Virus record (IMG/VR): IMGVR_UViG_3300024261_000007
Span: 32,001-96,000 of that record
Reading direction: 5' to 3' (one strand)
DNA: 64,000 bases
Origin: a virus
The notes beneath the pieces are model-generated. The model was given only the letters and a program-made list of their open reading frames with translations. It had not been told where the DNA came from and made no database searches. Below are positions 57,536 through 64,000 of this stretch, piece after piece; positions within the stretch are counted from its first letter, which is position 1, and each line of letters begins with the position of its first letter. Made by a program: the position numbers and the translations under genes.

Positions 57536-60500
57536 TGGACTCCTTAACACAGTCGCTAAATTTGCAGGTTGATATTACTGCAAGCCTATACGAAACTCTT
57601 AGCGATATGGCTGGAGGTTTGCGTGAATTTAATTCAAAAATGGCTAAAAAAACAGATGCTGCTACACAATTAGCAAATTCATTGCAAACACTTAAGCTTA
57701 ATTTTGATTCTAATTCTACTATTCTTAAGTCACAAAGTATTGCAGGACGAGACCAATCAAGAGCATTAGTTGATGTAAGCAAAAAAATAATACAAAATAA
57801 TAACCAGAATATAAAACTTATAAATGAAAGTATAAATTCAGTAAATATAAAGTCAGACGTTGCAAGCCTTAGACAAATTAGTAATAATTTAAAAATTGCT
57901 GTTGAAGACAACAGTATAAATTTTATAGACAGCAGCGAAATATTAGAAATAGTTGCTAATATCGATCAAAACGCTTTAAAATCAGCAGCTGAACATTTAT
58001 TAGAGGTTAGTAATACAAAAACAATCCCACAAAAACTAGCTGATCCTAATCAAGTTGACTCACTAAACAGCGCAACGCAAAACATTTCAGACAACGCAAA
58101 AGATTTAAACGATTCAACAATTGATTTAGACTTACTTTTAAATGACACAGAAGACAATATTTCCAGTTTAAAAGAAGCAACTGATAATATGCTTTTAATT
58201 GCTGAAGAAAGTGAAAGAAATTCTTTTATAACAAGTGCTCTTACAAAAGCAGTAACTCTCCTATCAGAAATAACAGACACAATTATGACTGGTGGTTTAT
58301 CACTTCTTAAGTCACTCCCTTCATTAGCTTTTTCAATTTTAAAATATTTAGCAACTCTTAGCTTGAATATGACTACAATGATGGGTAAAGCAGTCGCACT
58401 TACAATGTCTTTACCTTTTACACTCGCTCAGGTTGCTGCAAAGTGGGGAAATAAAATTAGATCTGATTTAGCTACAATTCGAGAAGGAGGAGAAGAAGCA
58501 AAAGAATCTTTTGATTTAAGTTCTCGAATCGGTCAAGGTGCAGAAATATTAACAAAAAAAGCGCAAGGAATGCTTAAACTATTTCAAAATCCAGAAAGCA
58601 AAATGGTTAAACTTTTTGGAATGGGTACAGCTGGTATAAATACATTTCAAAAAGAAATATTTACTGCAACTGATGCTATGGGTCACTTTGCTGAGTATTT
58701 TGGTCGACCTATTATGGAAAATATTAAATTAGGCGTTGCATTTATACAAGCCCAAAAGGCATTAGGTGTTAGTACACAAGACATAGGATATTATGCGCTC
58801 CAAGCATATCTTTCAGGCAAAGATCCTACAACTACATTACTTGAAGTTAAAGATGCAATTAAAAGTGCTTCTGACAGGTCCGGTTTTGATTTTAAAGCTT
58901 TGGCATTGCAATTTCATAAATTAAGAACCAACATTGTTGAATTTGGTCACTTAACAAATTATGAAATTGCAAATTTAACTGCAAAGCTCCGCGGCATGAA
59001 AGTCAAAACAGAAGATGCTGTTAACGTATTTAAAAAATTTAGCACTTTCGAAGAAGCAGCAAAGTCATCAGCTCAACTATATCAATCATTTAAAATGAAT
59101 ATTGATGCATTAGATTTGTTAACTGCAAAAGATCCAGGAGAAATGTTGCAACAATTTAGAGATGCAATGTTTGAAACAGGAAAAGCATTTAAAGACCTAA
59201 ACAGACATGAAAAATCTTTAATGTCATCTATAACAGGAATTTCAGCAGAGTCGCTCAAGTCTTTAATGAATTATATGGACTTAGGATATACGCAAGACGA
59301 AGCTATGCAAAAAATGGAGAAAGAAGATCCAGCAAAAGAGCAGCTAAAGTTAATAAAAGGTTTAACTTCAGCTGTTAAACAATACCAGAAAATATTACAG
59401 TTTGAAAGTCCTTTTCAAGCTTTCTATGAAGGTTTAATTAATAATGCTATGGGTCACAAAGAACTGGATCAAACTTTAATAGATTTTAGCAAAGTTTACC
59501 AGTCATTGTGGAAGTTAGGTTTTTCTTTAGATCTTGAGGTAATTTCCGGTCTTTTAGGGCCAGTAAATTCTATACTTGGTAGAATTAGAGACTTATTAAC
59601 AAACCGGAATTTTTTTAGTCTTCTAAGAAACGGATTAAACGCAGTTTCTGACTTTATGAAAGGCGTGTCATACGACTTAAAGGAAGAAGGTTTAAATAAA
59701 GATCTTGCTGCGTTTGAAGAAATGATAAAAGGATTTGATTATGCAGCAAAAAGAAGAACAGATTCGAATTCGTTACTCTTAGGAATGAGTACAGACTTAA
59801 TAACATCATTCAAAACATCAGTTGGAAATATAAACAATTTAGACTTAAACGTTCAAAAGCTTCTTTTAGATGCAAAGATAATTTATAAAGACAAAAAAAC
59901 TAAACTTTTTAAGTATACAAAAAACTTTACTCTTCAAGGTGTGATTGATGCTTTAAGCTTAGGCGCTGATGTATTTTCGTCAAATCCTAAACTTTTAGCT
60001 AAAATTCAAAATATTTTTGATAAATTAAATATTACTTATGACAAAAAAGTAAAAAATGTATTTAACAGTGATGAAATTAAAGATGCAAAAGTAAAAGGTG
60101 GATCATTTACAACATCAGAAGGTAGAACAGAAAATCTTTATACACATTTAGAAAACTTATTTACAAAAGGCTCTCCTCATTTTAATGCAACTTTAGATGT
60201 AGGTAGAGATCTTATGCATGCAATAGTTACAAGTTTATTTAAAGGTGCAACTATGTTTTTTAAGCTTGCAAGTGGACAAATTGATATGACAGTCAAGTCG
60301 CTTGGCCTTGTAGTTACAGATGAAATGAAGGCAGTTGCTGCTAAAAAAGGCATTCCAGTAAAACAACTAACTATTTTAGATGTAATTGGTTTAAATAAAA
60401 AAGAGCTTTCAACAGTAACTAATAATTTAAGTAAGGAAGTAATAGACTTTACAGCAAGTCTACCTTCTCTTGTAACTATGGTTGGTGGTTTACTTGCTGA

Positions 60501-62007
60501 TATGATGGGTGTATTTGGAAAAATTGCTGGTGGTATTGCAGATGGTATTGCAGAAATTATCCTGGATTATTATGATGGAATAGATCGAGATCCTAAACTT
60601 GACTTTTTTGATAAAATAATGATGAAAAATATAATAAGATCGTTTTTTAGTAATGAAAAAATGGTTAAAGCTAAAAAAAGCTCAGCCTCAAAAGTAATTC
60701 AAAGCCAAGGAATGCTGCAAGGCATAAATACATTTGAGTCTCAATACTTGAGTAAAGGAATGTTAGACCCGTCTAATGATAAAGCTTCAAGTAAAGAAAA
60801 AGTTAATCAATTTAATGAGTTTATATCAAGGTCAGCGTTAGGATTACAAAATGAATTTGACAATATTATAAATAGTAATTTAAAAAACAAAAAGAGCCCT
60901 TTAACTTCTTTTCTAAAAGCTGTTCAAACCAATCTTAGAAGTAGTAATGCATTAAATCCTGGTGACATTTTAAACTCAAAAAATATAATGGGTAGAGTTT
61001 CTCATATAAAAAAGATTTTAGAAGCAATAGGGCATTACAATTATCTCAAAACACAAGATATTGACGAGTCAAAATTTATTAGTTATTCAAATGATCCAAA
61101 TTATCAAAATTTTATAAAATTTTATAGAAAAACTTTAAATAAAAAAGTAAATAACTATGCAAAAAACTTATCTGTTTTGTTTGACAAGTATGACAATGAC
61201 GATGAGAAATTTCGTCGTGATCACGCAGTAGATAAGTTTGACTTTAAAAGTAGACCTATAGGTGGTTTAAAAGATGCAGAATTAGAAAAAAATTATATAA
61301 ATAATAATATAAAATTTTTAGAAACTCAAAATAAAAAGAAATTATCACCTGAGAATTTTATACAACAATACAATAAGAAAAATAGAAGTAAATCTATAAG
61401 CTTAACAAAAGACTTTGAGCTCTTAAATGGAAAAGATACATACGTTGTTGTAGGAAATAAAAAAGTATATAAATTACATCCAGACGATTCTTTATTTGCT
61501 ACAAAAGAAAAAGGTTATTGGAATAAAATGTTGATTAGATTTGCAAATGTTTACGAAGATGTAATTGCAAAAATTTCTTCTAAATCAAATAAATCTTTTA
61601 ATGACTTAAAAATAAAAAGTAGCATTTTAAAAGAAAATATAAATAGTTTGACTTTAAACATACAAAAATATTCTAAAGAAATATTAAATAGTGCAAGTGA
61701 TAAATTAAACAATCACGTGGATATTTTTAGTACAAATTTAAAAAGCATACTTAAAAGTTATAGTGAAATAAACAATAGTCTTGAAAAACAAAACAAAGAA
61801 ATTATAGTTGCTAATAATAATTTTAAAAATGTAAGTATTGTTAAAAGTAAAATTGAAAATGTTCTTAAAGAAGCAACAGACAATTTAAATATTGAAGAAA
61901 ATGCATCTGAAGATGATATAAATGATCTGTATGATTTATGTAAAGACATAATTATGATTGCTGTAAACAAAAAGATAAATATAAACACTCAGGTCGTTGT
62001 AGGCTAA
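57535..62007 (+). CDS. Tape-measure-like protein 1
   Basis: 1490 aa, helical composition; located after the tube and chaperone genes. Confidence 0.65.
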   Translation: MDSLTQSLNLQVDITASLYETLSDMAGGLREFNSKMAKKTDAATQLANSLQTLKLNFDSNSTILKSQSIAGRDQSRALVDVSKKIIQNNNQNIKLINESINSVNIKSDVASLRQISNNLKIAVEDNSINFIDSSEILEIVANIDQNALKSAAEHLLEVSNTKTIPQKLADPNQVDSLNSATQNISDNAKDLNDSTIDLDLLLNDTEDNISSLKEATDNMLLIAEESERNSFITSALTKAVTLLSEITDTIMTGGLSLLKSLPSLAFSILKYLATLSLNMTTMMGKAVALTMSLPFTLAQVAAKWGNKIRSDLATIREGGEEAKESFDLSSRIGQGAEILTKKAQGMLKLFQNPESKMVKLFGMGTAGINTFQKEIFTATDAMGHFAEYFGRPIMENIKLGVAFIQAQKALGVSTQDIGYYALQAYLSGKDPTTTLLEVKDAIKSASDRSGFDFKALALQFHKLRTNIVEFGHLTNYEIANLTAKLRGMKVKTEDAVNVFKKFSTFEEAAKSSAQLYQSFKMNIDALDLLTAKDPGEMLQQFRDAMFETGKAFKDLNRHEKSLMSSITGISAESLKSLMNYMDLGYTQDEAMQKMEKEDPAKEQLKLIKGLTSAVKQYQKILQFESPFQAFYEGLINNAMGHKELDQTLIDFSKVYQSLWKLGFSLDLEVISGLLGPVNSILGRIRDLLTNRNFFSLLRNGLNAVSDFMKGVSYDLKEEGLNKDLAAFEEMIKGFDYAAKRRTDSNSLLLGMSTDLITSFKTSVGNINNLDLNVQKLLLDAKIIYKDKKTKLFKYTKNFTLQGVIDALSLGADVFSSNPKLLAKIQNIFDKLNITYDKKVKNVFNSDEIKDAKVKGGSFTTSEGRTENLYTHLENLFTKGSPHFNATLDVGRDLMHAIVTSLFKGATMFFKLASGQIDMTVKSLGLVVTDEMKAVAAKKGIPVKQLTILDVIGLNKKELSTVTNNLSKEVIDFTASLPSLVTMVGGLLADMMGVFGKIAGGIADGIAEIILDYYDGIDRDPKLDFFDKIMMKNIIRSFFSNEKMVKAKKSSASKVIQSQGMLQGINTFESQYLSKGMLDPSNDKASSKEKVNQFNEFISRSALGLQNEFDNIINSNLKNKKSPLTSFLKAVQTNLRSSNALNPGDILNSKNIMGRVSHIKKILEAIGHYNYLKTQDIDESKFISYSNDPNYQNFIKFYRKTLNKKVNNYAKNLSVLFDKYDNDDEKFRRDHAVDKFDFKSRPIGGLKDAELEKNYINNNIKFLETQNKKKLSPENFIQQYNKKNRSKSISLTKDFELLNGKDTYVVVGNKKVYKLHPDDSLFATKEKGYWNKMLIRFANVYEDVIAKISSKSNKSFNDLKIKSSILKENINSLTLNIQKYSKEILNSASDKLNNHVDIFSTNLKSILKSYSEINNSLEKQNKEIIVANNNFKNVSIVKSKIENVLKEATDNLNIEENASEDDINDLYDLCKDIIMIAVNKKININTQVVVG

Positions 62008-62029
62008 AATTTTGAAAGTGATAATTTAA

Positions 62030-64000
62030 ATGGCAATTGATGATCAAAACAACCCAAGTGATACTGGACAAAGTAAAGAAAATAAACCAGTAGTTTCTCA
62101 AGAAGACATAAAAGCAGTTGCTCAAATTAAAAAAAATCTTAGAGAATCCAGTTCAGCATTGAACAGTATTAGTGAGGCAATTGCTGCACAGACAGACTGG
62201 GCCTTACAACTAAATAGATCTTTTGAAAATTATCAAAATGAAATGATTAAAAATTCTAACAACATCGTTTCAAATACTCAAGATATGTTAGAAGTACTTA
62301 GTGAAACTTCAGAAAATATTAGTCAAAGTTATAACCCTCATTTATTTGGAAGCTTTCAGAAAGCAAACACTTCAACTGTTAGAGGTATTAAAGCTCAAGC
62401 ACAAATATTTCAAGAAATGTCGGACGTATCAACAACAGTTATTTCTGAAATACAGACAGCGCATAAAAACATAAACAGTACTGCCATTAAGTCAGCAACA
62501 AACAGTGTTAATAGTATACAGGTTGCTAAAGAAATAGTTGAAAGTTTAGGACAAACATCTGAAGGTGTGCAAACAGTTAATGAAACAGTTGTCAGAGATC
62601 AACTTGATATCTTAGCGACACAAAAAGGCATAAACGAAGTAATTATACAGCAGACAAAAGATATAAACACAGTAAATACGCAATCTGAAAAAATTACTGG
62701 AGATCTTCTTGAAGGGTTGTCAAATACTACTGAGGGCTTAACAGCAGTTACTCATGGCGTAAGTGATATTGTTGATAACGTCCAATATCATGACGATATT
62801 ATGGATGACTTTCTTTTAAATATTTACGAAGCTAACGAAGGATTGCAGGATTTGTCTACGACGACTGAAGAGCTTAATGACGCTGTTTCTTCGTTTGGCG
62901 GCGGCGCAATGAATATTTTAAAAACAGCCGGGTCAGCTCTTACTAGCGTATTTAAACTTGTCAGTGGCGTTGTTTTAAATACGTTAACTTTGGTCTCAAC
63001 ATTTGTAAAACTTGTTGCAACACTTCCTTTTACAGTAATGAAAGTTGCTGCTAAAATTGGTAATAAACTCAGACAGGATATAGTTGAAGTTATAGGCATG
63101 GCTTCAGAAGAGCTTAAAGAAAAGTTTGACATGAACTCTACAATTGGTGAAGGCATTATGGCTATGACTAATAGAGGTAAAGGAATGTTAAAAGCTTTTC
63201 AAAATCCTTCCTCATATTTAGTAAAACTTTTTGGAATGGGTGCAGCAGGCATTGCAAACATGATTAAAGAGTTGGGAACTCAAGTCGAAAGTATGGGACA
63301 CTTCTCAGAATTGTTTGGAAAAAGCTTAGGAAAAAATGGTAAACTCTTTGAAGAATATATTACAATGGTAAGAGGTTTAGGCTTAACAGCTGAGGATGTA
63401 GGTTATCTTGCAATGGATGCAGGAAACCAATTAATGCATGTCAATGTAAGAATGAGAAATCTAACAGCAACAATAACAAATGTTTCAGAAGAATATGGCT
63501 TAGATAGAAAACGTCTTTCTAAAAACTTTATGATGATGCGAAAAAATATCATTCAATTTGGACATTTAACCGATGAGGAGTTGGCAAGAACTACAGCTAA
63601 TATGACTCAATTAAAAGTTAAAATGGAAGACGCTACTGCGGTTTTTGATAAGTTTAGCACTTTTGAAGATGCAGCAAACTCTGTTGCAATGCTTTCACAA
63701 ACTTTTGGTATGAATTTAAATGCGATGGATATGATTCAAGCAAAAAATCCAGAAGATATTATTGAAATGTTTAGAAACTCAATGTTTGAAACTGGCAGAG
63801 CATTTCAAGATTTAAATCGATTTGAAAAAGACTTGATGTCACAGCACACAGGAATGTCAGCAGAAAGCCTGTCGGCACTTATGAATTACAGGGACATGGG
63901 ACTGACTTACGAAGAAGCAAGAAAAAAAATGGAGTCACAAAGACCAGAAGCTAAGCAAATGGCTGCCATTAAAGATTTAAACTCTGCTATTAAACAATTT
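62030..64000 (+). CDS. Tape-measure-like protein 2, 3'-partial (paralog of 57535..62007; absent from the ORF track)
   Basis: ATG 62030 MAIDDQNNP..., in frame with the window end; LPFTVMKVAAKIGNKLR, GMLKAFQNP..LVKLFGMG and KFSTFEDAA match protein 1. Confidence 0.75.
   Translation, partial: MAIDDQNNPSDTGQSKENKPVVSQEDIKAVAQIKKNLRESSSALNSISEAIAAQTDWALQLNRSFENYQNEMIKNSNNIVSNTQDMLEVLSETSENISQSYNPHLFGSFQKANTSTVRGIKAQAQIFQEMSDVSTTVISEIQTAHKNINSTAIKSATNSVNSIQVAKEIVESLGQTSEGVQTVNETVVRDQLDILATQKGINEVIIQQTKDINTVNTQSEKITGDLLEGLSNTTEGLTAVTHGVSDIVDNVQYHDDIMDDFLLNIYEANEGLQDLSTTTEELNDAVSSFGGGAMNILKTAGSALTSVFKLVSGVVLNTLTLVSTFVKLVATLPFTVMKVAAKIGNKLRQDIVEVIGMASEELKEKFDMNSTIGEGIMAMTNRGKGMLKAFQNPSSYLVKLFGMGAAGIANMIKELGTQVESMGHFSELFGKSLGKNGKLFEEYITMVRGLGLTAEDVGYLAMDAGNQLMHVNVRMRNLTATITNVSEEYGLDRKRLSKNFMMMRKNIIQFGHLTDEELARTTANMTQLKVKMEDATAVFDKFSTFEDAANSVAMLSQTFGMNLNAMDMIQAKNPEDIIEMFRNSMFETGRAFQDLNRFEKDLMSQHTGMSAESLSALMNYRDMGLTYEEARKKMESQRPEAKQMAAIKDLNSAIKQF

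Noticed and set aside
2713-63156. Many short antisense or alternate-frame ORFs in the track (e.g. 2713..3219, 12296..12778, 17822..18301, 27048..27443, 62824..63156)
   Set aside because: Shadows of long, motif-bearing genes on the other strand or frame; no RBS or motifs.
1-64000. Alternative genetic code (stop recoding)
   Set aside because: Code 11 gives dense, full-length genes, and TAG and TGA both terminate genes.
57535-64000. Diversity-generating retroelement repeats among the paralogs
   Set aside because: Similarity is protein-level and diverged at all bases, not adenine-specific; no reverse transcriptase in the window.

Overview
A 64-kb segment of a large, AT-rich, lytic-type dsDNA tailed phage, a myovirus with a T4-like morphogenesis gene set and plausibly a jumbo phage. 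Standard genetic code, almost all genes on the + strand. Order: baseplate/fibre-like structural genes (1-9.6 kb); RuvC-like resolvase, primase and a fused Mre11-Rad50 (SbcD-SbcC) nuclease/ATPase; terminase, portal, prohead protease, small putative head-internal proteins, scaffold and gp23-like major capsid; an accessory island (28-38 kb) with a large inverted gene, VOC protein, GIY-YIG nuclease, PolX, an AEP prim-pol-like protein, a repeat lipoprotein and a putative lysis trio; then paired decoration-like genes, neck genes, three tail-sheath paralogs around one tail tube, a tail-assembly-chaperone-like pair with a likely programmed frameshift, and two paralogous tape-measure-like genes (the last runs off the window). 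Most notable: the multi-sheath/double-tape-measure tail, a structured pseudoknot-like RNA at ~38.1 kb, a possible virion-packaged DNA repair module marked by a shared LxxxIxE/LxE signal, and a nested internal scaffold start. All assignments come from motif recognition by eye; no searches were run.
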